A stretch of 64,000 bases of DNA, taken from contig JABGTJ010000016.1 of the NCBI GenBank assembly GCA_018691345.1, positions 125 to 64,124 of the forward strand. The letters run 5' to 3'. The notes beneath the pieces were generated by a model. The model did not search any database. It was not told the origin of the DNA and saw only the letters and a program-made list of their open reading frames with translations. The DNA is from Methanobacteriota archaeon (lineage in GTDB: Archaea; Thermoplasmatota; Poseidoniia; Poseidoniales; Poseidoniaceae). The translations under genes and the position numbers were made by a program. Below, in pieces: positions 14,865-24,327 of the stretch; positions within the stretch are counted from its first letter, which is position 1; every line of letters begins with the position of its first letter.

Positions 14865-17285
14865 ATGCGCAGAGTGTTCGTTGGGATGCTCATTCTGATG
14901 CATGTATTGGTTCCATTTGCCGGAGCCGTAAGTGATGCTTCGGTAACTGAGAGTCGCAATGCTGAACTGGACGTCATTGGATTAAATCCAGTTACAGTTC
15001 ATCGAGGCGAATTGGTTGAAGTGCTGTTCACACTACACAATCTTGGAGATGTTGAAGACACATTTAGTTTTGATTTGGTTGAGCAACTTGATGGATTGAC
15101 GGCCACTGGTTTACCGCACTCAAAGACGGTCGAAAGCGGTTACCTGCGTCAAGTCAAATTCAACATCTCTGCTGACAGCGATGCCGATTATGGAGTTTAC
15201 AATCTTTCACTACGTTTCACATCGCTCAATGATGTGAACTGGAACCAGACTGAATCATTCCAAACTCAAATCACACCGTACTCAAATCTAAACTTTGGAT
15301 CAAGTGGTGTTTCATCTTTCATCGTGTCCCCTAATACACGCACTTCGGTTGCCATGAACATAACCAACAACGCTACTTTAGAAGATGAGGTGACCTTCAA
15401 TCTCTATTCAAACTCGGATTGGAATTGGGGTTGGACGATGAACTCAACAGATGGAGCAAACGCCTATGAAACAATTCAACCTGATTCGGTCATTTTCATA
15501 TTTCTGTGGGTTGATGTACCTTCTGTCATTGATGGCTCACCGTTGTTTAACGACGGCCCAAGATTCCAAATCAGTGCTGTATCAAGTATTGACGGTGGTG
15601 TTGTGCAATGGTCTTTTGATATGCTCATGAGTCAATTCAAAAATGCTTCAATCGACCAATCTGGGCCAGATGCTGTGGTTGAACCCGGTGGTGTTGAAAG
15701 AGTTTCAATCGATGTACGTAATACCGGTAATTCAGCGAACTACCTCAACATCACCCTTGAAGCAATTGATGCTCAAGGGATTCCCATTCCCAACATCCCA
15801 AACTTTGACAGGATTGCATTCGATGGTTGGACAGTGGCCTTGTTTGGTGGACTTGAAGAAAACATTCTCCAACCAAATGAATCCAGAACCATCAAGATTG
15901 GTTTTCAAGCACCGTTAGAGTACTCAGGTGAAATCGATGTTCGAGTTCGAGTATTTGCTGGAGGCGCCATGCAAAATTTACGAACAATCGATGTCGGAGG
16001 ATCCATTGATTGGGAACGAAACGGTAGCGTCCATCTTCGTACCGATGGGTGCCGTTCTATTGTACCATCTGAAACATGCAGTGCTGATATCGAAGTGTAC
16101 AACGGCGGAAATGCTGTCGACTCCTTTGCGTATTCGATCACTCAAGTTCCTAACTTTGTTTCCGCTCAACTGATTCAGACCACAACCGAATTACAGCCCG
16201 GCGAATACGTGAACCTCACACTTGTCGAGATCACAGCAAACGCATCGGCATTGGCTTACGAACTTGGTGAGGTGGTCATTGAGACGTATTTCCTTAATTC
16301 GAACACATTAGTTGGGACATCACGCATTTCGGTTAAAATTGCACCAGTGATTCAGTGGAATTTTACAGAGGTTGTGGAGGAGATTGACAGGGATGGGAGG
16401 CTCTCCATTGCCATGACATTGAGAAATGAAGGGAACACTGCAGACGGTTTGCAAGTCCAATTGCAATCGTCACATTCCACGCCAATGTCATTCCTACCTC
16501 CAAGTTTCGCTGTCTATGAACAAGGCATAGAGTATCCACGGTCCTTTGAAGTGAGTGATATCCCAATCGGATCCAACTTTACTGTTCGAGCATGGGTTGA
16601 CCTTCCACAAGACCAAACAACCAACGGCACAGTGTGGGTGAACACTACAGTTCGTTCACAGTTTGAACCGAGTAATTTGTTTGTTCACACCAGCAAAGGA
16701 GATTATATCGGTGTGACTTGGCAAGAAGAAGTTGAAGAAGAGTCATTGGATGTTTTCGGCATGATATCACTCGGCTTTGATATTCTCAAAGCTTGGTCAT
16801 TGATGATCGGTGCTGTATTGATCTCAGGTGTTGTCATCTACAAATCCATCGTTTCACGAAACATGCGTACTGCAGAACAACGTCAACTCGATGCGTTGAG
16901 TCAACCGAAACCGCAGCAGACTGCTGGTGATTGGATGAACAAGTTTAGTGCAAGTGAGCCTGAAGTCGTCAAGGAAACATCTGTACAAGTCAACCCGGAA
17001 CACTTCAAGCAGGCCTTTCAAAAGCGTTCAGGAGAGTATAAGCAAGCCAGTGCTCCGGTCGATGCAGCATTAACACAAGCCGCCACATCGGTGCTTGAAT
17101 TCCACAGTTCGAAGGATTTACTCTCTTCAGCAAATTCGCTCTTAGGAGACAGTCAAGTTGGAAAGACCACCTCACATGTTACCGCAAATGAACTGATTCA
17201 AGAGACGCCACAGGCAATTAGGCAAGCAGTTCCGACCCAACAACCAAATGTTTCCCAACCGGTCGACGACGACTTTGATATCTGA
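14865..17285 (+). CDS. Membrane-anchored surface protein with CARDB/COG1470-like repeats
   Basis: 806 aa with a signal peptide (MRRVFVGMLILMHVLVPFAGAVS). Repeats include LFTLHNLGDVEDTF, IDVRNTGNSANYL and MTLRNEGNTADGL. A TM helix (AWSLMIGAVLISGVVIY) is followed by a ~150-aa tail ending DDDFDI. Confidence 0.7.
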   Translation: MRRVFVGMLILMHVLVPFAGAVSDASVTESRNAELDVIGLNPVTVHRGELVEVLFTLHNLGDVEDTFSFDLVEQLDGLTATGLPHSKTVESGYLRQVKFNISADSDADYGVYNLSLRFTSLNDVNWNQTESFQTQITPYSNLNFGSSGVSSFIVSPNTRTSVAMNITNNATLEDEVTFNLYSNSDWNWGWTMNSTDGANAYETIQPDSVIFIFLWVDVPSVIDGSPLFNDGPRFQISAVSSIDGGVVQWSFDMLMSQFKNASIDQSGPDAVVEPGGVERVSIDVRNTGNSANYLNITLEAIDAQGIPIPNIPNFDRIAFDGWTVALFGGLEENILQPNESRTIKIGFQAPLEYSGEIDVRVRVFAGGAMQNLRTIDVGGSIDWERNGSVHLRTDGCRSIVPSETCSADIEVYNGGNAVDSFAYSITQVPNFVSAQLIQTTTELQPGEYVNLTLVEITANASALAYELGEVVIETYFLNSNTLVGTSRISVKIAPVIQWNFTEVVEEIDRDGRLSIAMTLRNEGNTADGLQVQLQSSHSTPMSFLPPSFAVYEQGIEYPRSFEVSDIPIGSNFTVRAWVDLPQDQTTNGTVWVNTTVRSQFEPSNLFVHTSKGDYIGVTWQEEVEEESLDVFGMISLGFDILKAWSLMIGAVLISGVVIYKSIVSRNMRTAEQRQLDALSQPKPQQTAGDWMNKFSASEPEVVKETSVQVNPEHFKQAFQKRSGEYKQASAPVDAALTQAATSVLEFHSSKDLLSSANSLLGDSQVGKTTSHVTANELIQETPQAIRQAVPTQQPNVSQPVDDDFDI

Positions 17286-17294
17286 AGTGATCGC

Positions 17295-18023
17295 ATGTGG
17301 AATGTTGGTGTTGATGAAGCAGGGCGAGGTCCCGTTTTGGGACCTCTTGTTGTTGGTGCTGTCGCCCTTCCAGCCGACGATGTCCCCATGCTAACTGAAC
17401 GAGGCGTCAAGGATTCGAAAGATTTGACGCATAAGAAAAGACTTGAACTTGCCAAGTGGTTCCATGAACACGCTGAGCAAAGAAATTGGCATTACTCACT
17501 CATCGTGTGCCAGCCTGAGCGAATTGACCATGCTGTTCAATCAACTGGACTCAATTTATTGGAAGTGGAACTTTTTGCTGAGGCTCTTGTGGAGATACGA
17601 GTAAACGTTCATGACTCAATTTCGATTTTGAACGATGCATGTGATGTGAATGAACAACGGTTTAGTGACCGAATAGCAGCTCGACTTCCAGACTGGCCAT
17701 GGGCAAACTCAAGCATCCACTCAGAACATAAGGCGGACACAAACCATGCCATCGTGGGTATGGCAAGCATTTTGGCCAAGGTCGAACGTGATGAGGCGAT
17801 ACAACAACTGGCAGAAGAAATTGGTTCACCCATTGGTTCAGGGTATCCGAGCGACCCCAACACGAAGGCAGCACTCGCAGGTCTCTTGCGTGAAACAATA
17901 CCCCATCCATCACTCCGTTGGTCATGGAAAACCGTCACTCGAGCGTGGAATGAACTCTACGGCATTGACCCGCCAAAACGACCGTTCAGAGATAAGCATC
18001 AATCGACGTTGTTCGAGCGATAA
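17295..18023 (+). CDS. rnhB: Ribonuclease HII
   Basis: VGVDEAGRGPVLGPLVVGAV active-site N-terminus, DSKDLTHKKR, and SILAKVERD. Confidence 0.9.
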   Translation: MWNVGVDEAGRGPVLGPLVVGAVALPADDVPMLTERGVKDSKDLTHKKRLELAKWFHEHAEQRNWHYSLIVCQPERIDHAVQSTGLNLLEVELFAEALVEIRVNVHDSISILNDACDVNEQRFSDRIAARLPDWPWANSSIHSEHKADTNHAIVGMASILAKVERDEAIQQLAEEIGSPIGSGYPSDPNTKAALAGLLRETIPHPSLRWSWKTVTRAWNELYGIDPPKRPFRDKHQSTLFER

Positions 18024-18028
18024 CCAAT

Positions 18029-19792
18029 TTGATGGGCGAGCACTTGATGAAGCAAAGGTTACAGCGAAGGTTGAGCCCCATGACATGGACACCTGATGAA
18101 GAAACACTTGCAGCGTTCAGACACCTTGCTCTGCAAAATGCAATCGAGTACGAAGGTAAGGCTGCTCCAGGTTCCGTCATTGGGAGACTGATGGGCACAC
18201 GAAGTGACCTTCGACCCCATGGAAAAATCATTTCACCTTTAATCGCAAAGGCCGTCGCTGAAGCAAACGCTATGGCGGCTGAGCAAGGCGTTCAAGCTCT
18301 GCAGGCGATTTTAGAACAGGAAGCACCTCATTTGCTCGAAAAAAGAGAGAAAAAGGAACGAAGAGAAGGTTTGCCTGAACTCAAAAACGCTACGAAAGGA
18401 AAGGTTGTGCTTCGATTTGCGCCAAACCCAAATGGACCACTTTCATTCGGGCACGCTCGAGGAATCGTCATCAACGGTAAGTATGCGGAAGAATGGGACG
18501 GAGAGTTAATTCTGCGTTTCGATGATACCGATACGGTCGTCAAACCACCCCTACCGGTAGCGTACGAGCAGATACCGGAAGAGGCCGAATGGCTGCTGGG
18601 ATTCAAACCCCACAGAATTGTTATTGCAAGCGACCAAATACCTCATTATTACGAACATGCCGAATTAATGCTTCAGAGAGATTTCGGATATGTCTGCCAA
18701 TGCAGCGGTGAAGCGTTCAAAGAGTTCAGAGTTTCGAAAACTGAATGCCCTTGTAGAGTGAACTCAGTTGAATTGAACATGCAACTGTGGAACAAAATGC
18801 TGGATGGAACGTTCGTCCCTGGTGATGCAGTCGTACGGATTAAAACGGCAATGGACTTGAAGAATCCTGCACTTCGGGATTGGCCTGCATTACGGATTCA
18901 GAACACCGCTGAGCACCCGCACCCACGTATAGAAATCGGTTCAAAGTACCGTGTCTGGCCACTTCTCGATTTCCAAAGCGCTGTTGAGGATCATCTCCAA
19001 GGCGTAACACACATCATACGTGGCAAAGACCTCATGGATTCAACCCGCAAGCAAACTTTACTTTACGCCCATTTTGGTTGGACCTATCCCGAAACCATGT
19101 ACTGGGGTCGTGTAAAGGTTCACGAATGGGGTGGTTTTTCAACATCACAAATGCGCAGAGATATTGAAGCAGGTCTGTTTACCGGATGGGATGATTTACG
19201 ATTGCCAACGCTGACTGGGCTGAGAAACAGAGGAATTACTGCAGAAGCGTTACGAAACTTCTGGATTGAGTTAGGCGTCACACAAAAAGACATTTCAGTC
19301 CCACTGTCAACGCTCTACTCACATAATACGAAAAGCATCGATGACAATGCACCTCGCCTGTCTTTTGTTCGAAATCCGAAAGAACTGGAACTGGTCGGCG
19401 ATCATCAAGACTTCATTGAAGTCGATGTACATCCAAATCACCCAAAGCTTGGAGCACGAATATTTGATTTGACCAGAAATTCTGTATGGGTAGAACAGGA
19501 AGACACCGAGAAGAAAGAGATTCGGTTGAAGGGTTTTGCAAATGTGGAAGTTTCAGGAGATAAAGCGAAAGTTGGCTCAATTGACCGTATTGATCGGCGT
19601 CCAATTGTTCACTGGCTGAGCGAATCCAATGCGGTCGACGGTACACTTTTACTCGCTGAAGACGGTGAAATTATTCGACTGGAAGGGAAAATCGAAAAGC
19701 ATGACTATCCAATAGGGACGATGCTGCAAATTGAAAGGATAGGATATGCAAAGGTCGTCAACGCAACAACCCTCGTATTCACCCACTCTTGA
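18029..19792 (+). CDS. gltX: Glutamate--tRNA ligase (archaeal/eukaryotic type)
   Basis: LRFAPNPNGPLSFGHARG (HIGH region), THIIRGKD, and N-terminal ALQNAIEYEGKA. The true start may be a downstream ATG (18047 or 18080). Confidence 0.9.
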   Translation: MMGEHLMKQRLQRRLSPMTWTPDEETLAAFRHLALQNAIEYEGKAAPGSVIGRLMGTRSDLRPHGKIISPLIAKAVAEANAMAAEQGVQALQAILEQEAPHLLEKREKKERREGLPELKNATKGKVVLRFAPNPNGPLSFGHARGIVINGKYAEEWDGELILRFDDTDTVVKPPLPVAYEQIPEEAEWLLGFKPHRIVIASDQIPHYYEHAELMLQRDFGYVCQCSGEAFKEFRVSKTECPCRVNSVELNMQLWNKMLDGTFVPGDAVVRIKTAMDLKNPALRDWPALRIQNTAEHPHPRIEIGSKYRVWPLLDFQSAVEDHLQGVTHIIRGKDLMDSTRKQTLLYAHFGWTYPETMYWGRVKVHEWGGFSTSQMRRDIEAGLFTGWDDLRLPTLTGLRNRGITAEALRNFWIELGVTQKDISVPLSTLYSHNTKSIDDNAPRLSFVRNPKELELVGDHQDFIEVDVHPNHPKLGARIFDLTRNSVWVEQEDTEKKEIRLKGFANVEVSGDKAKVGSIDRIDRRPIVHWLSESNAVDGTLLLAEDGEIIRLEGKIEKHDYPIGTMLQIERIGYAKVVNATTLVFTHS

Positions 19793-19834
19793 TAAACAGG
19801 TAAGAATATAATTCTGGGTCGCCACCACTGGTCA

Positions 19835-20254
19835 GTGATGACGATGGCAAAGACAGTGGCAGATTTAGACCTTGATGATGAACACATGACGATTGGCATT
19901 GATGACAGCATTGCTGAAGCATCAGGTCGTTTACTTACCATGACTGGTGGAATATTGGTCGTACTTGATGGAAATTCGAAGACAAAAGGCGTCATTGGTC
20001 ATCGCCAATTCCTCAAAGCACTATCTGAGAATGTTGATGCAAACAGTTCGAAATGCTCTGAGTGGATGGAAATGGATTTTCTTGAAGTTCAACTCAGTGA
20101 CACTCTAAAGTCAGTCCTTTCCGAGGTTCAAAAGCGAGCACCTCAAGCGGTGGTTGCGGTTGACTCAAATGGAGATTTTGCTGGCTATTTCTCACCAAGC
20201 GACTATCAAGAGGCGAACAGCCTTGTCAACTCGTTAAAGAATTTGAGCCTTTAA
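19835..20254 (+). CDS. CBS-domain pair protein
   Basis: 139 aa with two CBS-like units (GGILVVLDGNSKTKGVIGHRQF; QAVVAVDSNGDFAGYFSPSDY). Confidence 0.7.
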   Translation: MMTMAKTVADLDLDDEHMTIGIDDSIAEASGRLLTMTGGILVVLDGNSKTKGVIGHRQFLKALSENVDANSSKCSEWMEMDFLEVQLSDTLKSVLSEVQKRAPQAVVAVDSNGDFAGYFSPSDYQEANSLVNSLKNLSL

Positions 20255-22318
20255 TCAAGCTTCAATACGAATAACACGTTGGCAACCAACGCAAGCAAAT
20301 CGCAATGGACGGACCTGACTTTCGACAGGGTTTGGCGTTGAGCACGCAGGACAATTGATCACAGGAGTCGTAATGGAAATTGCTTCTTCAATCAGGTGAC
20401 CTCGCTTGCGAGGACTTGTCACTGCAGTAACCCACCAAATAACAACCACAATTGCCACGCTAGCTCCAACATAGACTGAGGGATAAGCAAGGAGGTGAAT
20501 AACTCCGACCAAAGGAACAAGAATCAACTCGAGCAAAAGTATACCACGGCGTCGGCTACGTGAAAAGGAAAGGGCAAATATGAAACCAAGACTGAGTCCT
20601 AACAACACGAGAAAAGACAACACAGCAGGTGTCGCAGCAATTGAACCAGTTGGCGTGATTTGGAAGGAAAAGTAGTCATCTGTATCAATGTTTGAACCAT
20701 CAAGACTGAGCGATTCACCCCAAGGCAATCGTAGATGCCGGTATGTGACTTTGTCTGTTGACGAGACCTTTGGGAGGAAGAACGAGGTCATACCAGATGA
20801 TGTACCTTGCAGCGAGAGTGAAACATCAGACCATAGAGGAATAGGTTGAGAAGTTATGAAGCCACCAATGAGTTTGATTCGGTCACCATCGTTTGGTGCA
20901 TCATCGACACCAAACTGCATGATTGTTGTCACAACAATGGTAACTGGATGGTTCACAACTTGAGATTCTCCGTTAAGGTCGATATCGACGTCGTGATTTT
21001 GGAATGAAGTAAGTTCGTGGCCAAGTAAATCCTCCACTTCAAGACCAAGGCCTGTATTAAGATAATAGTTGAGAAGATTCGTACTCAGCAATTGTCGTTC
21101 CATCTCCATAATCTCTGCCTGTTCGATGTTACGACTGACGCGTTCATCATCAGAGACTACACCTGCATCAAAACTTTTCAAGACCAGTGAGAGCGTTGTC
21201 ACCTCGTCGCCAATGTGGTCCATTCCCCACCGCATCCAAAATGCCATTTCTCCTCCGACTTCGATTTGAGTCGTGCGGTCCATTTGGAGTTCTCCCTTCG
21301 AGTTTTTGTTAAGAGTGAAGGTCCCTGTGACCGCAATAGGACTTCCATCCCCATTTGTCTTTAGAGGCTCGTCAGGAGGATAATAAGTACCGGTTCCACC
21401 ACTGGTATCAAATGTTTCAATTTCAAAAGTTGTGGAACCAGAAAGAGACTGACCTCCGGATTCTATGGTGAGGCGAGCCTCTACGCTTACAGTTTCTGTG
21501 CCGCCTTTGGCGCCTTGCCATGTCCAAGTAACTCGAACGGCACCGTCAGAACCGGTCTCGATTGGGTCTCCGGAAAGTTCAGTTCCTGCAACCAAAATAC
21601 GCAATGAATCGGATTTTGAAAGGAGGTCCATGCCCCAGTTTGAATCAATCAAAACAGAAAAATAGACATCCGAACCTTCAATCTCAGGTTCCATCAAAGT
21701 CATATCAAAAAGCGGTATTTCGGCATCGATAAACGAATCTTTGTCTTCAGACCCCCAAAAGAACTCAAGTTGGGCATCACCGGTTGGAATCGTGAATACA
21801 AGTGAACGAGCGGAAAGTGTAAGTTCTATTGCACCCATGTCAGAGATGGAGGTAGCATCAACATCGATATCAAAAGAGAGTGTTCCTGTCCCTTGCCCTA
21901 AAACCGAACTTGCAGGATCGTTTACTGCGATGAATGTTTGGCTACCAATCTTTAGCGATGCTGTGGCGTTGATTTGTGCGCTAGCAGCGTCTCGAAGTTC
22001 GTATTCAATCGAGACCTCCCAGGTGTTTGCCGGAATCGCTCCAGGCCAAACATTGGGCAGTACCCATTTCGCCACTGTCTCTTCGGATGCAACCGAACTT
22101 GCTATGACTGCTGAGGATGCTGAGTCAGAGGAAAGGTCTTGAGAAAAAGGCGACATAGAGCCTGCTGTGGCAGAACCAAGCAAATGCAGTGTCACCGATG
22201 CAGTGTCGCAACAAACCAGCGTATCTTCAGCCGTTGCTTCGCCCAAATAACCGTCTGAAAAGGGGGCAGCCATTGATGCTAGGAAAATCAGCACAATCAA
22301 CAGTGGGCGTGCGGACAT
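20255..22318 (-). CDS. Secreted/membrane protein with C-terminal TM helices and a terminal cytoplasmic Zn-ribbon
   Basis: Start set at the internal ATG (MSARPLLIVLIFLASMAAP, a signal peptide) preceded by GGTGA. There are 2-3 C-terminal TM helices, then CPACS...CVGCQ as the last 30 aa. Confidence 0.6.
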   Translation of the reverse strand: MSARPLLIVLIFLASMAAPFSDGYLGEATAEDTLVCCDTASVTLHLLGSATAGSMSPFSQDLSSDSASSAVIASSVASEETVAKWVLPNVWPGAIPANTWEVSIEYELRDAASAQINATASLKIGSQTFIAVNDPASSVLGQGTGTLSFDIDVDATSISDMGAIELTLSARSLVFTIPTGDAQLEFFWGSEDKDSFIDAEIPLFDMTLMEPEIEGSDVYFSVLIDSNWGMDLLSKSDSLRILVAGTELSGDPIETGSDGAVRVTWTWQGAKGGTETVSVEARLTIESGGQSLSGSTTFEIETFDTSGGTGTYYPPDEPLKTNGDGSPIAVTGTFTLNKNSKGELQMDRTTQIEVGGEMAFWMRWGMDHIGDEVTTLSLVLKSFDAGVVSDDERVSRNIEQAEIMEMERQLLSTNLLNYYLNTGLGLEVEDLLGHELTSFQNHDVDIDLNGESQVVNHPVTIVVTTIMQFGVDDAPNDGDRIKLIGGFITSQPIPLWSDVSLSLQGTSSGMTSFFLPKVSSTDKVTYRHLRLPWGESLSLDGSNIDTDDYFSFQITPTGSIAATPAVLSFLVLLGLSLGFIFALSFSRSRRRGILLLELILVPLVGVIHLLAYPSVYVGASVAIVVVIWWVTAVTSPRKRGHLIEEAISITTPVINCPACSTPNPVESQVRPLRFACVGCQRVIRIEA

Positions 22319-22385
22319 AACTTCACCAATATCAGCCCAGCGCGCATGGCACATAATAGAAGCGCCTTTTAGTGAACAAACCGTA

Positions 22386-22736
22386 TCATAGTGCCTTCTC
22401 AAGAAGCGCACCTAATTCCTTCTCAAAGAGTGAGACAACTGCTTCGCCAACCTCGCCCTGTAAATCATCAGGAAGCAAGCGAAGTCCGAGGCGGGTTGCT
22501 GCTCGAGTTGCCTTTAATTCCGCATATACGGTACGTGCCTTGGTATGGAAATAGTAGGCGACAGCCTCTTTAATTTCTGCTTTCAGCTCGGGGTCTTCCT
22601 CGACCTTACTACGAATGTGGGCTTTGAGTTCATCTTTGACCAGTTCACGGAATGCTTCGATTACGAGGTCTTCGGTTGACATCAAATCTTGAACTTGGTC
22701 TCGTATACTACCGGTAAGCAATCGTTCAATGGCCAT
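22386..22736 (-). CDS. Small all-helical hypothetical protein
   Basis: 116-aa ORF rich in charged and helix-forming residues. I recognise no motif. Confidence 0.5.
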   Translation of the reverse strand: MAIERLLTGSIRDQVQDLMSTEDLVIEAFRELVKDELKAHIRSKVEEDPELKAEIKEAVAYYFHTKARTVYAELKATRAATRLGLRLLPDDLQGEVGEAVVSLFEKELGALLEKAL

Positions 22737-22782
22737 GAACAGTCCAGTTGGTTCTCGGGTTTCAACCCGTCGATGAACAAAA

Positions 22783-23685
22783 TTAGATTAAAAGTCCGGT
22801 TTTCAGGAAAATGTCTGCCAACTTCGAGGCATGGATTTTGGCTTGCGCAGCATCGTTGGGCCACGATTGCTCTGCAAGGTGAACTTGGCTCATCACATCG
22901 ACATCAGAAGTACCAAGCATCAAACGATGCCATACCAGCTCTTCCAAGCGGGGTGTAGAAAGCGATGGATTTTGGAGGGCTGGAAGGAGAAGTTCGCTTA
23001 GCGCTGCTGAACGAGCGTCAGCATCCATTCGAGGCCAACCTTTCCTCAACCGGGTGAGCATTCGCTCCGAAAGGTCAGGAATCATCCCCGAAGCTGGTGC
23101 AGGTACATCCGGTAGCGGAACCATTCTAAAAGCCCCCTCATCCCGCAGATGGTCACGCATCGAAGTGTGAATTGGATCAAAAGTAGTATCGAGCGCCTCA
23201 CGAAGCCAAAGACCGGTTGAGGCAAATGGACGTAGAAGTCGTGTTTTTTGACCGTTAGGAGACAAAGCAGCAGCTAAGGCTGCGCACTGAGCGACGGTAT
23301 CCAGTGCACCTCTGCGTTCCGATTGATTTGAACCTAAGCGCACGGTAACTGAAAGTGGAGTAATATGAATGAAATCAGTCTTAGGCAAGTCTTCAAGTGC
23401 CCATGTATCCTCAAACGGGTCGATGAAAATAAGGAGGCCCTCAAGAGACGATTGCGGTTCTTGACGTTCATCACGGGGAATGTGTTGGTGAGATGGCAAA
23501 AACCGTCGCCTGTACGAAGTCCCAGTATCAAGGAAGGCCGATTCGAGCGTCGTTAAGGCAAGCAAACCTTGCAAGTCAGCCGGAGCATGGATGTGAACCA
23601 TTTCAGCTTCTTGTATTCGTTGAACATGACTCGCAATGTGAGACTGAATGTCCATAAACGGGGCAGTTTGAAGCAAGTCATTCAT
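22783..23685 (-). CDS. Hypothetical protein, possibly a catalytically degenerate DHH (RecJ/Cdc45-like) domain
   Basis: VHIHAPADLQGLLALTTLESAFLDTG parallels DHH motif I (SH.DADG..SAAIL...L...G). GLLIFIDPF parallels motif II. FIHITPL sits where DHH is expected. The acidic and His ligands are replaced. Confidence 0.5.
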   Translation of the reverse strand: MNDLLQTAPFMDIQSHIASHVQRIQEAEMVHIHAPADLQGLLALTTLESAFLDTGTSYRRRFLPSHQHIPRDERQEPQSSLEGLLIFIDPFEDTWALEDLPKTDFIHITPLSVTVRLGSNQSERRGALDTVAQCAALAAALSPNGQKTRLLRPFASTGLWLREALDTTFDPIHTSMRDHLRDEGAFRMVPLPDVPAPASGMIPDLSERMLTRLRKGWPRMDADARSAALSELLLPALQNPSLSTPRLEELVWHRLMLGTSDVDVMSQVHLAEQSWPNDAAQAKIHASKLADIFLKTGLLI

Positions 23686-23755
23686 GGTCTCACCCTTTGA
23701 TTGGAAGAGGTGAACGTAGATGAAGTCTCACATCTGCGAAGAAGAGCGTAAAGAA

Positions 23756-24214
23756 TCACTCGACCATCAGGCGGAGTTCTTCACGCTTGTATCGCCAATC
23801 GGATGGCAAACGACCTTCTGACTTGTAATAGTTGGAGAGTCGGCGTATCTTAGCTTCAGTGATTTCAAGCGAACGCTTGTTGTGTAAATCTTTGTGGTTA
23901 CCGCTTCCAAGATGGTTGATGATACCGACTGCTTGTCGCATCAAGTTCATCAAGTCTTCAGGATAAGTTCCACCAATACTGTTCTCAGCGAGAACTGCAC
24001 CGATTCTCTTACCGAGGACGAGCCGAGCGTTAGGCACTGCATGTTGGTCTCGAAGAATTGTGCCGATAACAGCTGAGGAATGACCATCCTTTCCGAGGTC
24101 GATAACTAGTTGCTTTACCGCCGCAGCATCCGTGTTTGACCACTCTGGTGCTTCGCTAACATAGGGTTTACTGGACCCACTCTTTCCTTTGCGTGATTTG
24201 TACATCCGTGCCAT
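23756..24214 (-). CDS. rps15: 30S ribosomal protein uS15 (archaeal S15P / eukaryotic S13e form)
   Basis: MARMYKSRKGKSGSSKP N-terminus. 152 aa with a C-terminal S15 helical domain (HNKRSLEITEAKIRRLSNYYK). Confidence 0.9.
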   Translation of the reverse strand: MARMYKSRKGKSGSSKPYVSEAPEWSNTDAAAVKQLVIDLGKDGHSSAVIGTILRDQHAVPNARLVLGKRIGAVLAENSIGGTYPEDLMNLMRQAVGIINHLGSGNHKDLHNKRSLEITEAKIRRLSNYYKSEGRLPSDWRYKREELRLMVE

Positions 24215-24327
24215 AAGGACAACTCCAAGGAAAAAGCCGACTTGTCACCCCTTCTTAACCGCTCCGCTTCAACCAAGCGCTTTTCACCACGTCTCAACGC
24301 AGGATTGCGAGGTCAAGAAGGCCTTAA

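Noticed and set aside
14771-14977. N-terminal extension of the 14390-14977 ORF, and the parallel ORF 14335-14841.
   Set aside because: The extension overlaps the start of the well-supported divergent surface-protein gene at 14865 and reads as low-information sequence. I trimmed the ORF to the internal ATG.
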